DNA of 64,000 bases from Octopus vulgaris (lineage: Eukaryota), in NCBI GenBank assembly GCA_951406725.2, contig OX597831.1, forward strand, positions 67,704,001-67,768,000, written 5' to 3'. Below are positions 1 to 12,220 of this stretch, one piece after another; within the stretch, counting starts at the first letter, position 1, and each line of letters begins with the position of its first letter. A model generated the notes under the pieces. It saw only the letters and a program-made list of their open reading frames with translations, ran no database searches and was not told where the DNA came from. Position numbers and translations under genes: made by a program.

Positions 1-124
1 ATCATTTGTAGGATTCATTAGAATCTGGGTATTTTAACGTTCAGGACGCCGAGAAAAATCGAGTTACTCATGTACGTCGAAGTATCATGTATATATAACA
101 CAATATACGCGTATATATACGAAT

Positions 125-303
125 ACACTCACTCACACACACACACAAACACACACACACCTACATACATGCTCGCACACACGCACGCACACACACAAAC
201 ACACAGACAGACACACTCACACACACACACACACATACATACATACTCGCACACACACAAACACACAGACATACACTCACACACACACACACCTACATAC
301 ATG

Positions 304-341
<38 letters not shown>
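125..341. repeat. Compound (CA)n microsatellite
   Basis: Direct reading. Confidence 0.95.
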
Positions 342-342
<1 letters not shown>

Positions 343-507
343 GCATGGTTTTTAAAAGGTTTATAACAACTATTTAAGGGCAGGTAGTATCGCATTGAAA
401 TTTTGTGGCAGGTGCTGATGATGAGGGTTACATCTTCCACACAGCATAGCCGATATTCTATTATAACGTAGAGGTTGAGTGGTATCTTTGTCTCTCTCGT
501 TAATCAG

Positions 508-740
508 GAGCTGGCAGAAACGTTAAGCACGCCGGGCGAAATGCTTAAAGGTATTTCGTCTGCCGCTACGTTCTGAGTTCAAATTCCGCCGAGGTCCACT
601 TTGCCTTTCATCCTTTCGGGGTCGATTAAATAAGTACCAGTTACGCACTGGGGTCGATATAATCGACTTAATCCGTCTGTCTGTCCTTGTTTGTCCTTTC
701 TGTGTTTAGCCCCTTGTGGGTAGTAAAGAAATAGGTATTT
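508..740 (+). mobile_element. SINE family B
   Basis: gagctggcagaaacgttagc..gagttcaaattcc..gcctttcatcctttcggggtcgat. Six copies in the window. Confidence 0.88.
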
Positions 741-744
741 AATA

Positions 745-1735
745 GCTACGTCTTATTCCTGTGTGGGATGTAATATATCTATCACAGGTTCAGGAGAGGC
801 TGTTCTTCCTATCAATGTTGCTGTTATCCTTTAAGTTGCGGGGCATGGGCCCATACATTGCTTTTTGGTATGATGCGTGCTTCTCTCCTAAGCTTTTGTT
901 AGGTAGGCTAGCCCCAGTCTCCTTAGGGTTGTATGAGACTGTTGTATTCTCAGAGTACCTTCTCAGCAGTTCTCTTTTGCTCTCACTTTTGAGTACGCAT
1001 TTAAGTACTCGTTTCTTTCCTTATTGTTCAGTAGGAGTTGTTTGATTGCTGCAATGTGACATTCAAATGCTGTTTGAACTGACTGTATACCTCAAAGATC
1101 ATTTCTTCATCTCACATAAATCCTATCGGTGTCGCCGTTGTGAAAGTTGCTAGTGGAGGTTAATATCTTTCTGGTTTTGATGCCCAGACTGCAGATCTCA
1201 TCAAGTGTCCAGGTCAATATACCAAATGTTGGTACTAGCACGGGTACTGCAAAGGCATTGTGAGACAAGGTCTTGTTAAATGCATACAACTCTGAGTTCT
1301 GTATTTTCTAGGGTCTACAGAAATACTCTTTTGTTACCTGGCTTAAGTCACAACGTCAACATATGCACATTCTTATCGACATTCCTTCCTCAATTGATTA
1401 TATACACATTCTGGTCGACAGTCCTTCCTCAATTGATTATCATGTATGCGCATCTATCTTGACCAAACTACATCCCAATGTCCCGTGAAAATTTTGTGAC
1501 TAGTTCTAATTGTCTCTTGATGTTGTTCATGTTACCAGAATATAACTTTAGGTCATCTACAAGAAACGTGTGGGTGATATTTAATTTTATTCTTTTCAGC
1601 ATATCCCAGCATGTCTCGGCATTTTGCTAACAGGGCTAACAAGGGGTTCAGTGCCAGCCCAAACAACACTACAGATAAACTATTACCCGGGAATATGCCT
1701 TGTTGATAGCTTAATTCAGCTACAAACAACAATTT
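745..1735 (-). pseudogene. Old degenerate R4/Dong-like RT fragment
   Basis: GIFPGNSLS..LF..ALNPL and AFAVPVLVPTFGILTWT..IKTRKILT in broken frames. Confidence 0.7.
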
Positions 1736-2020
1736 CAAATTATATCCTTTTTTTTTTATAACCCTAACTCCAAAATATTTTTTAAATTTTAATTTTGTCC
1801 TGATTAAATCGAGAAATACATGCATGCAGTGAATAAGTTAATAGTGAAATATAACGAAATATATGAAGCAGAATAAGTAATAGTGAAATAAGTGTAAATA
1901 CAAATGCATGTAGTATATTAAATATATATTGTTCACATATAGCGTATGATATATTTATTGATTAGATTTACTAATGAGTAAAAGGAGATAACTCATTCGA
2001 TCATAAGAAATTATGAACAT

Positions 2021-2428
2021 AGGCGCAGGAGTGGTTGTGTGGTAAGTAGCTTGTTTACCAACCACATGGTTCCGGGTTCAGTCCCACTGCATGGCACCTT
2101 GGGCAAGTGTCTTCTACTATAGCCTCAGGCTGACTAAAGCCTTGTGAGTGGATTTGGTAGACGGAAACTGAAAGAAGCCCGTCGTATATATGTATATATA
2201 TATATGCGTGTATGTGTTTGTGTGTCTGTGTTTGTCCCCCTAGCATTGCTTGACAACCGATGCTGGTGTGTTTATGTCCCCGTCACTTAGCGGTTCGGTA
2301 AAAGAGACCGATAGAATAAGTACTGGGCTTACAAAAGAATAAGTCCCGGGGCCGAGATGCTCGATTAAAAGGCGGTGCTCCAGCATGGCCGCAGTCAAAT
2401 GACTGAAACAAGTAAGAGTAAAGAGTAT
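2021..2428 (+). mobile_element. tRNA-derived SINE family A
   Basis: A box (tggttgtgtgg) and B box (ggttcagtccc), internal TA/TG microsatellite, (aaagagt)n tail. Many copies in the window. Confidence 0.9.
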
Positions 2429-3116
2429 AAAGACATTGGTTGAGCACTATGAAACAAAGAAAACAGCTGGCTATTGCGACCATTCTCGGACACCTACTTC
2501 AATAGGTTGTTCGAACGTATCAACCTTCGTGATTATTTTTAAGCAACAGAAATCTAAACGTACACTTATGCCCATATCTACATTGATCAACCCGGAGGTG
2601 CATGATCACGAAGCGAACTTTTGATCATACAGCCATGGCTACACCTTTGTTATTCTGATATCATTATTATTGCTTTAGAATCGACAGCTCAATGAGGCTG
2701 TTGCAATACTTCGTTCACTAAGCCATATGAACTTTTCTCTGATATGAAAATACGTAAATGTGTGATACAGCGTATCAAGATTTGTTGAAGCTTTACCAAC
2801 GTAGTCTCGCAATAGTTGGATAATATTACAGACAGAATATGTCTTGGATGTCATTCAAGAGTTAAGATTGTTTACTTACTGACGTAAAGTGAAAAATAAT
2901 GAATGACCAACTCGCAAGGTAGAAGAGGTGATAAGTGTAAAATAAAGATCGTTTTACATACCTATGTGGAATTTCCACAATCAAAAAGAACCAAATGCTT
3001 CGAGTCAAACACAATTTCGAAAGAAATACATTTCATGGTTCTCTACAGACTTCAAGTCATCTTTCAGTTTTCAAAATAACCGTGGAATTTTCACGAATAC
3101 TGCTAGTTATTATTGC

Positions 3117-3181
<65 letters not shown>

Positions 3182-3188
3182 AGAGTGT

Positions 3189-3570
3189 GTGGAGGCGCAA
3201 TGGCCCAGTGGTTAGGGCAGCGGACTCGCGGTTTCGATTCCCAGACCGGGCGTTGTGAGTGTTTATTGAGCGAAAATACCTAAAGCTCCACGAGGCTCCG
3301 GCAGGGATGGTGGTGATCCCTGCTGTACTCTTTCACCACAACTTTCTCTCACTCTTATTTCTTGTTTCTGTTGTACCTGTATTTCAAAGGGCCGGCCTTG
3401 TCACTCTCTGTGTCACGCTGAATATCCCCGAGAACTACGTTAGAGAACTACGTTAAGGGTACACGTGTCTGTGGAGTGCTCAGCCACTTACACGCTAATT
3501 TCACGAGCAGGCTGTTCCGTTGATCGGATCAACCGGAACCCTCGTCGTCGTAACCGACGGAGTGCTTCCA
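3189..3570 (+). mobile_element. tRNA-derived SINE family C
   Basis: A box tggcccagtgg and B box gtttcgattccc, sitting in (TG)n. Homolog at 48095-48386. Confidence 0.8.
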
Positions 3571-3744
3571 TGTGAGAGTGTGTTAACAAGGGTATGAGCG
3601 TGGGGTTTTGAACCTTAATACTTGTACGTGTATCCTGCAAGTGTACGTATGTGCTTGCTCGTACGCACGTGTGCGTACGCTTACCTGTGTATATTTGTGA
3701 GTGTGTGTGTGTATGTGTGTCTGTTTTATGAAGTGATGTGTATT

Positions 3745-4110
3745 ACTCATTTACTCATTTACTTGTTTCAGTCATTTGACTATGGCCATGCTGGAGCACC
3801 GCCTTTAGTCGAGCAAAGTGACCCCCGGACTTATTCTTTGTAAGCCTAGTATTTATTCTATCGGTCTCTTTTGCCGAACCGCTAAGTTACGGAGACGTAA
3901 ACACACCAGCATCGGTAAACACACAAGCGATGTTGGGAGGACAAACACAACAGACAAACATACACACATATATATACATATATACGACGGGCTTCTTTCA
4001 GTTTCCGTCTACCAAATCCACTCACAATGCTTTGGTCGGCCCGAGGTTATAGTAGAAGACACTTGCCCAAAGTGCCACGCAGTGGGACTGAACCCGGAAT
4101 CATGTGGTTT
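3745..4110 (-). mobile_element. SINE family A (5'-truncated)
   Basis: Reverse complement matches 2065-2425. Confidence 0.88.
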
Positions 4111-4656
4111 GTAATCGAGTTACATGTGCACTGTCTTTTCACATCGTCATCAGTATTTTCTCGATTCTATGTTTTTGACAACGAGAGTCATCAACAACAG
4201 GTAGCGAGTTTCGCTAAAGGGAAAATCAGAGAAACATCTGTTAACTTTAGCAAAGTAATAGTCATAGTGAACTTTAGAGTAGAAGATAAATCAGTTAGTA
4301 ACTTAAAAGAGGTGCACCGAGGAAGCATGCCTTGAATAAGGTCCTAGAGTATATTTTTAAATATTGTACTTATTTTAGTGATTTATATTTATCACAAGGC
4401 TAGGTTATGGGACATAAGCAGAGACCACTTTTGAAAATGATGTCAAACGTAAAGACAGAAATATACTTAGACACATACAAATACACAAACACACACGCAC
4501 ACAGACACACACGCGCGCGCGCACACACACAACTATTACTAATATATATCGTAAAATTCGTGTGGCTGGAACTTTTAAGTGTCTCCGGAAAACATATTTA
4601 ACCAATCTGTTGAATAAACTGTCAAGCTTGTTTTTTTTTTTTGTACAAAGCGCTTG

Positions 4657-5108
4657 GGATCTTTTCGGTTTGAATGGCAGTTTTTAACATAATTTCTAGG
4701 TAACTAAAAAATTTTAAACTTCGTATACTGGTAGAATGTGTTTATAAAACATCTTCTTCTCTTGGCTTTATTGAGAAAATTCTATAGTTTGTAAGATATT
4801 TGTTGTTTTTTTCTTCAATTTCTGCAATTTCAACCAATCACTGACGTCCATTGATGTAAAAAACATTCTGTCCCATATGAATATGTCCCTCGTTTAATAA
4901 ACAGATTGGGTTTATTTACATTTGTGAAGTAAAAAAGATACCCTTCCCCTCACCCCTAACTAACCCTAACTAACCATAACCCTAACCCTAACCCTAACTA
5001 ACCCTAAAACAGATTGAAATGGAATAGACCGATACTAGGGTCATAATTATGGGTAACAATTTCATATGACACCGCCAGAAAAAACTGCCGTTCAAACCGA
5101 AAAGATCC
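4657..5108 (+). mobile_element. Telomere-repeat-containing MITE, copy 1
   Basis: ~29-bp TIR GGATCTTTTCGGTTTGAACGGCAGTTTTT, internal (CCCTAA)n, decayed 8-bp TSD agcgcttg/aacacttg. Confidence 0.92.
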
Positions 5109-5860
5109 AACACTTGTTTTACGAAGCACTTGACAATACTCTCAGTAGTGAGCATTCCCATCAATAAATTTTTATAGTCTGTTGTTGCTATAAAACTTGC
5201 TCTAAAACATTGACTCTAATTTAAAATGTATACACCCACACATACACATATTTGCATAATCTATTTATTTTTTCTCTTTCTGAGGAAAAAAATTAAAAAA
5301 AACCAAAAGCATTGGCATCTTTTATCAGCAGATTTGTCAACTACACTTTGGAAAAATGTACCACTGAAACATTTCATTAAAAAATGTGTAAATGTCTAAT
5401 ATTCTTAGAAAATAAATTCGTGGGCGGTAGCAAACTGTAGTTATGCTATATCTTAAAAGAATTGAAGGGAATTAATTGGGAACTTGATAATAGCCAATAA
5501 AGATGGTATGATATGTTGTTTTGCTAAATGAAAATGAAAGAACAAATTTCGGGCAGTTAGAATTTTAGAATTTGTATCAACTAAGCAAAACTCTAAAAAC
5601 CGTATTTATGAATCAAACGCTTCAGCAAAATACACAAATATTTTGAACATCTGGAAGAAGAAAGTTCATTTATGCAAATTTGATTTCCAGAAAATGATAA
5701 TAACAACAATAAAGTTGACACACACGAAAGATGAATTAATTCGACATCGATAAATCTTCTGAGAACATTCCAGATAAGAACAAGGAAAGACGAATCAAAG
5801 CAATAAAAGCAACTTCTAGAAAGAATATCTCTATCCAAATTTAGAATGGAGGTATAGCTA

Positions 5861-6113
5861 TTGGGTTGGTGCATAATTATTGCGGGGTTTTTTTTCAACA
5901 AATTTTATTCAACAAAAATAATAACAATATTTAACAAAAACATCTTTAAATGACGGTCTGACCGTCTGCCAAGCAAATGGGCAGCAGTAATTGAAGTAGA
6001 TGGTGAATATGCTCCGGAATAATCATTTAAAGATGTCTTTGTTACATGTTGCTATAGTTTTTGTTGAATAAAATTTGTTGAATAAAAGCCACAATAATTA
6101 TGCCCCAACCCAA
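5861..6113 (+). mobile_element. Mariner-derived MITE with ~95-bp inverted arms
   Basis: ttgggttggtgcataattattgcgg ends, TA TSD. The core encodes the mariner C-terminus LPSKWAAVIEVDGEY. Confidence 0.85.
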
Positions 6114-6269
6114 TAGTAATGCAACCACTAATGAAGAGAAATATAAGACAATCGGTGGGGAAATAATTTTTGAAATCTCCAAGGAAGCAGAAAGAACACT
6201 TTCTCATAGTATCTGCAAACAACGTAAAGAATAATGTGAAAATGAAGAAATGATTTCGCTCAATAGACG

Positions 6270-7448
6270 GGCACTCCTCCCAATGCCCGGTAAGGTCATT
6301 GCAAGGGCTGCTCCTCTAAACACAGTGCGAAATCATCTGCTTACTTCTCAGCGGCTGGAGCAGTCAGAGGTCACGCCAAAGAGGTCAACTACCGACTCTC
6401 CATGTACTCATCAAGCGCAAAAAGGGTTTTTGAAGGGGCAAGGCTTGATGGGTAGGGATGTGCTCGGGACGATTAGAGCTGCGAGGTTTTGCACCCCTGA
6501 CTGGTTAGGCTGATGTCTTTGTACACTGGAACAGTGAGCACACTTAGTATTGGGGCTTAACATTTAACTTTATCTAGGTAGCTCTGGGGTCCGTCAGAGT
6601 TATGTTTTGGCTTCCACTCTGTTCAATGCCCGCAAGGACAGGATACTTGACCGGATGTTGGCTCAGTCAAGTTGGTGAAATCAGGATTACTGATCTGGAT
6701 TTTGATGATGATGCTGTTATTCTTGCTGAGTTTCTGGATATCTTGAGGAGTGCCCTTCTTTCACTAAGTGAGGAAGCTGAACCACTTGGCCTTAAAATTT
6801 CTTGGGTCAAGATAAAAGTCCAATCTTTCGTTGGCTTCTTGAGGGATTCCATCTCGTCTGCCTCCGTTGCAATTGAGAATGTTGAAGTTGTTGACCACTT
6901 CACTTATCTCAACAGCATGGTTCATAGCAGTATTAGCTGCGAGTTCGAAGTCCTAAAAAGACTTGGGAGTGCTGATGTAGTTGTGAACTCACTGGACAAA
7001 GATGTTTAGCACTACCGATATCTGAGCAAGAAGATAAAAGTTCGGGTCATGGATACTGTCCGGAGCCCTTAGGGGCTGCCTGAACTCCTTTGGTACTAAA
7101 ACGCTTTGCAAAATTATGGACTAAAATTGGTGGGATTTCGTATCCAGCCAATAACTATACTCAGAAACTGGGATATGTCCCCTTGTATAATTCGGTAGCG
7201 TCAGTTCACACTGTTTGGTCATGTTGCTCTACTTTCCGAGTTGGATCTTGCGTATTGTGTTCTGGGGTGACAGCACGTGTTGGTTGATCACATGTCTCAT
7301 GGTCACGGCGGATGAGGAAGTATTTCGTGGAGATTTGGAACTGATTGGGAGACTGCTCGGAGGGTAACGCTAGACGACTTGAGGGGATATCGACAAACAA
7401 TGGATGCAGAAACGAGCTGAAACGACGCATGCCTCTATACCTGACCTG
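6270..7448 (+). pseudogene. Degenerate RTE-type LINE 3' portion
   Basis: SGVRQ-like motif at ~6585, ITDLDFDDDAVILAE, GLKISWVK.K, VEVVDHFTYL. Ends in a short acctg repeat. Confidence 0.8.
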
Positions 7449-10254
7449 ATGTAGATAGGAGAAAAGTTACAATTCATTGCCTCATGCTTGCATGCACACA
7501 GTATATGCTTGAAATTCTGGAATGTCTACAGTTCCTTTCATGTCTTGTAACTGTAGTTTTCTAATTACTGGTATAGTTTCTAGTTTTGTGAAACCTAGCT
7601 TTTGAAGATTAGTACTGGGGCAGTCAGTTACTTTTCCGAATTCCTCAATGATTTTCGATATAAATCTAAATATATACCGTAAGCGGAGAATTTGCGGGTT
7701 TCTCATTTGTTTTGGGACAGACATTGTTTTCCACTTATCTTTAACATTGTCGACTGACAGACGACAAATTTCCACTAATGTGCTCGCATTCCTTTCTCTA
7801 TTCTAGACTATTATAACTGTTCTTACATTCCACAATTGTTCTTACATCCCGAAACATTCCACAATTATGGTTTCATACTATGAGTGAGTAAGCTTTCCAT
7901 GTCACTGTAATTATTTTGTATTTTTTACGTTCTTTACTATCTTTTTCATAGATTACATTACATAATGTTTTGGCCACCATATCATGCCACATAAGTGACA
8001 GCTGCAGAGTCAGCATTGTAGACGCATTTAAGAGAATTTTTTTTTACCTGTATTGCTATTCATTTTGTGTATTAGGTATTTCATTGTTATATCCTGATTG
8101 GAGTTTTAGAGTTTGTATTGACCGGCCATCTTCTCGATGACAAAGTTGTAAGGAAATGATTTTTTTAAAAAGAAAAGATGACTTTATTCTTTTCGTCATT
8201 CTCTGTACAACATTTTATATTTTGCGTAGGTATTGCTGATTTTAAAACAGGTTGGTTTCTAAAAGAACACTATTATCGTTGGTATTTAAATATCGTCACA
8301 CTTCGACACATATTTACATCTTCTAGGCTGTTGATCGTCACAAATGATCATAGCTTTTTTCTGAGTCAAATAATTAAATCAGTCAAGATTGTTGATAGTA
8401 TTCGACGGAATAGTTAACACATATGTAATAATTTTCCTTTTACTGATACGTAGCTATAGTTTCATCGCTAGAAATAGATTAAGCAGTGCCTTAATGACAT
8501 TTTGTAACTGCTGTTGATCACTCAAGTAATATCTTCCTCAGATATGTGACATAATTGGCATTTTCTGTTCTTGATTATTTCTTATTCTTTTTCAAGTGTA
8601 ATGTTACAGCTATCACTTGCTCATTGACTGGCGACAGTATAATACTGAAATGTAACAAGATGTAATCCAGTATAGTATCCAAAGTGTCGATACCAGAATA
8701 CCGGTACAACAAACGCTTTGTAGTATGTTGTCTTGCAGCAAGAGGTTCAGATAACCATCAGTGTTCAGAGCAATTTGTATGAGACAGAGTCATAAATAAC
8801 TACGTATTTGGAGAGGAAGAGAACATTGTGAAATTATTGATCATAATGTCTTTCGGTTGAAAAGCATTTTCCCAAGTTCAACTATAAGTATGAACATTTT
8901 TGTCAGCCAAAGTCAATTTCTTTATAAATCGCAAATGTTGTTATTAAATCCATTCCCCTCCTTTATTATAAATATTTCCAATGTAGATTTTAAGATCTTC
9001 AACAAAAAGATCATGAGTTACATTTGAGCTTCTTACAAACTTTAGCATAAAACTACTTCACCTTCATGAAACAATGACTGTTTGCTACCAAAATAAATCT
9101 ATAAACAAAGAGATTAATTCCCTAGAATATTTATTTTGAAATATGTTTTCAAATCAGTTACAATTCTATCCTTGTGTTTTCAGTTTCAAATAAGAGAACG
9201 ATTGATCAGATTTTTGTGAGGATTTCAATAACAGTAAACTAGTTCAGTGAACAATTTTGCTACATGCAGTGATTCCAGGTGTCATAAGTTGTGAATATAG
9301 TAAAAAGCCCTTTTGCCAAATTGTCACTAGGATTATGAGTTCCCAAATTTTCAAGAAGATCCCACAAAGTTTTCTAAAATAAGTCCACAACACCTACAGA
9401 AAAGCACACTCACATAATGTATGGGAGGAGGATAGAGGGATAACCTGGATTAGTTCTTGCACATTTTTATAATGCCTACTTTAATAAGTTCAAATAACAC
9501 ACTACTAAAAGGGTGCTCATGCTTAGAATCGAATGTAAGAAATATTTATAAAAACAGTCAACACATTTCACCTGCTTAAACACATACGTTAAGATGTATA
9601 AATTGCAACCAAATATTTTTCTCTAGTGCCAAATATGCCGACCAATAACAATTAAAACTACCTAAATACTCTTGTGAACATTAAAACATTTAATTAAAAA
9701 ATATTCCATACTAATATCACTGTAATATGTTTAAATGATAACCAACACCCTCCCAATAAAACATGCGAAAAGTCATAAATAATATCAATCTGCCAACTAA
9801 CTAAACCTTTTGTGAATCCTTAAATACCAACCCACTAAAAACTGACATACCCACATGAATACAAAGATCAAAACACTGAACTGAACTCTAAGATTTAATC
9901 TTCACATTCTCAAAACAAAAGGTAAATATCCCGAAAGGTAAATATCCCATTAATATCTAAACAAGACCAACGACAGTCAACCAAATGAAAAATTTGCTAA
10001 TAACCTAGCAACATTCCTTTGTGAACACCTTCAACTTAAAAAATGATACACCTAAACATACACACCTAATTACAAAGCATGAATAAATTCTAACCATTAG
10101 CACTTCTCCAAAGTTAATCAATAAAAATTCTACATTCTATCTTGTCACCATAACCTACCTTGCAGCATAATTACCATTCAGCAGAACTCTAGTTTCTCTA
10201 GACATTTTAAACTTAACATAGACTATATAAAACCAAAATGAACTCAAACGAATT

Positions 10255-10299
10255 ACAGTCCTGTGATGGCTTCCGTGGCCGAAACTTCGAAGTTACTGT
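10255..10299 (+). ncRNA. Degenerate type I hammerhead at the end of an A/C-rich, probably PLE-derived remnant (~9400-10400)
   Basis: ACAGT-C-CTGTGA-T-GGC(TTCCGTG)GCC-GAAA-CTTCGAAG-TT-ACTGT. One core base is missing. Confidence 0.55.
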
Positions 10300-10560
10300 C
10301 ATTACCATTCTTATTAAAGAATAATAAATTGCTACTCTACCAAATGTATTGAGTAGTCCTTCAATTGAATGTAATTACAACACAAAAAAACCATTAATAT
10401 ATATAAGTTAAAGACACCAGAATTTAGTATGGTATTATCCATATAATTTAAAATAAGGTGATTATAATTGATGTAATGTTTGCATTGTTCAATTAAATGG
10501 AGTCGCATGAAACGATCGTACTGAATTACCTCTGGGTATCCTTGTTGCTTATTTTAATTA

Positions 10561-10615
<55 letters not shown>

Positions 10616-11350
10616 CATCTGAATGTGGCTAGGGACAGGGCAGGGCGGTGGGGGTGTTACTGATGCATTTAGCCCCAGGCGATCATCAACGTCACCAGGA
10701 GGGCTGACACCATCACGGCGTCCTCTAGCCTGCAAAGGGAGATCATTCCCCGAAGAAGCGGATGCCACATACGGACCTAGGTTTCAAGGTGTTTGCCTAT
10801 TATCAACGTATGGCAGGCACCGCTCCCTCGACGAACGACTCTCTGTGCAGGCTATATATAAAGATTTTCACAGTAAATACATTTACTGATGTAGAAAATC
10901 TGTTCGACAGCCATAATAATTCTCTAAACGAGATATAGACAGTAACTGCTCCATAGCATAAGGGACGTTGGCCATCTGAATGTGGCTTATTGCTGTCGAA
11001 CAGATTTTCTACATCAGTAAATGTATTTACTGTGAAAATCTTTATATATAGCCTGCACAGAGAGTCGTTCGTCGAGGAGCGGTGCCTGCCATACGTTGAT
11101 AATAGGCAAACACCTTGAAACCTAGGTCCGTATGTGGCATCCGCTTCTTCGGGGAATGATCTCCCTTTGCAGGCTAGAGGACGCCGTGATGGCGTCAGCC
11201 CTCCTGGTGACGTTGATGATCGCCTGGGGCTAAATGCATCAGTAACACCCCCACCGCCCTGCCCTGTCCCTAGCCACATTCAGATGGTCAACGTCCCTTA
11301 TGTTATGGAGCAGTTACTGTCTATATCTCGTTTAGAGAATTATTATTGCT
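10616..11350. mobile_element. Fold-back element built from two circularly permuted copies of a ~357-bp unit, in (TA)n
   Basis: catctgaatgtggct occurs at 10616 and 10973. 10989-11350 is an inverted full unit starting at a different register. Confidence 0.88.
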
Positions 11351-11371
11351 ATATATATATATATATATATA

Positions 11372-12049
11372 TCCCTCTCTCGCTCATTCTTCTTTCTGGT
11401 TTTCTCTACCATTCTCTCCCTTTCACGTTCCCTTTCTCTTACTCCTCCTCCTCCTCCTCCTCCCTCTCATCACTGACATGTGACCAGAGGCCATCTGTCT
11501 TTCTGACCACAGCCTTCAACAAGTGTAGACAGCTTCCTATCCCTTTCTTAAGCCGTTGTTCTCACGCGTTGAAAATAATTTTTCCTTCGTTCGGCTTAAC
11601 AATCCTTACTGTTCGTATTACTGTTATTCTACTTGTCCTGTCGTTTACTGTTTTTATTTGTATTTTTACTGCCTTGTATTGTTTTTACTGTCCTGTTTTT
11701 GTTACCACTTTTACCCCTCCACAAAAAAATCTCAAATTTTATTTAATTTGCTTTGCGGGAAGGACCGTTTCACAGAAGTCGTGTCTCGCCTTTACCTTCG
11801 AAACACGGACTAGACGAAACGGAGACGGCTGAAGAAGGGGAATGTTCCTTGTGTTGTATGTCTTGTACCAAGTTTTTTCGTTGTTTAAAAATAATGTCCG
11901 TTTCCATGGTTCCGCTTTTATGTTTTCATTTCTCATTGTGTTCGACGTTCTTTTGGTGTCCTGTACCCATATATGCATGTATATATACATATTGATGTAG
12001 GTACGTACATATATGTATGTATATATGCATGTTTTATTTATTATTTTGT

Positions 12050-12052
<3 letters not shown>
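11372..12052 (+). mobile_element. TA-flanked non-coding element (family P1) with permuted hammerhead at 11765-11850
   Basis: Homologous to 49780-50450: shared ccttcgaaacacg, ctgaWgaagggg, ggtgtcctgtac and gatgtaggtacgtacatatatgtatg. (TA)n on both sides. Confidence 0.75.
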
Positions 12053-12104
<52 letters not shown>

Positions 12105-12120
12105 TAGATGTATGTATACG

Positions 12121-12220
12121 CAGAGGTGGGCACTGTTAATGGAAAAGTTAACATCGTTAATCGTTAATTCTTCAAAAACGTAAAGGAAGTTAACGTTAAT
12201 CCGTTAACGTTAACTTTTAT
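12121..12220 (+). mobile_element. hAT-like terminus with subterminal GTTAAC repeats
   Basis: cagaggtgggca followed by multiple (c)gttaa(c) motifs. I did not find the other end. Confidence 0.45.

Noticed and set aside
2021-2095. tRNA-like A/B boxes
   Set aside because: These are SINE heads. They form no complete cloverleaf and are always joined to a SINE body.
10526-11279. Mirror-image ORFs of 80-158 aa
   Set aside because: These are a by-product of the inverted repeat and GC content, with no protein motifs.
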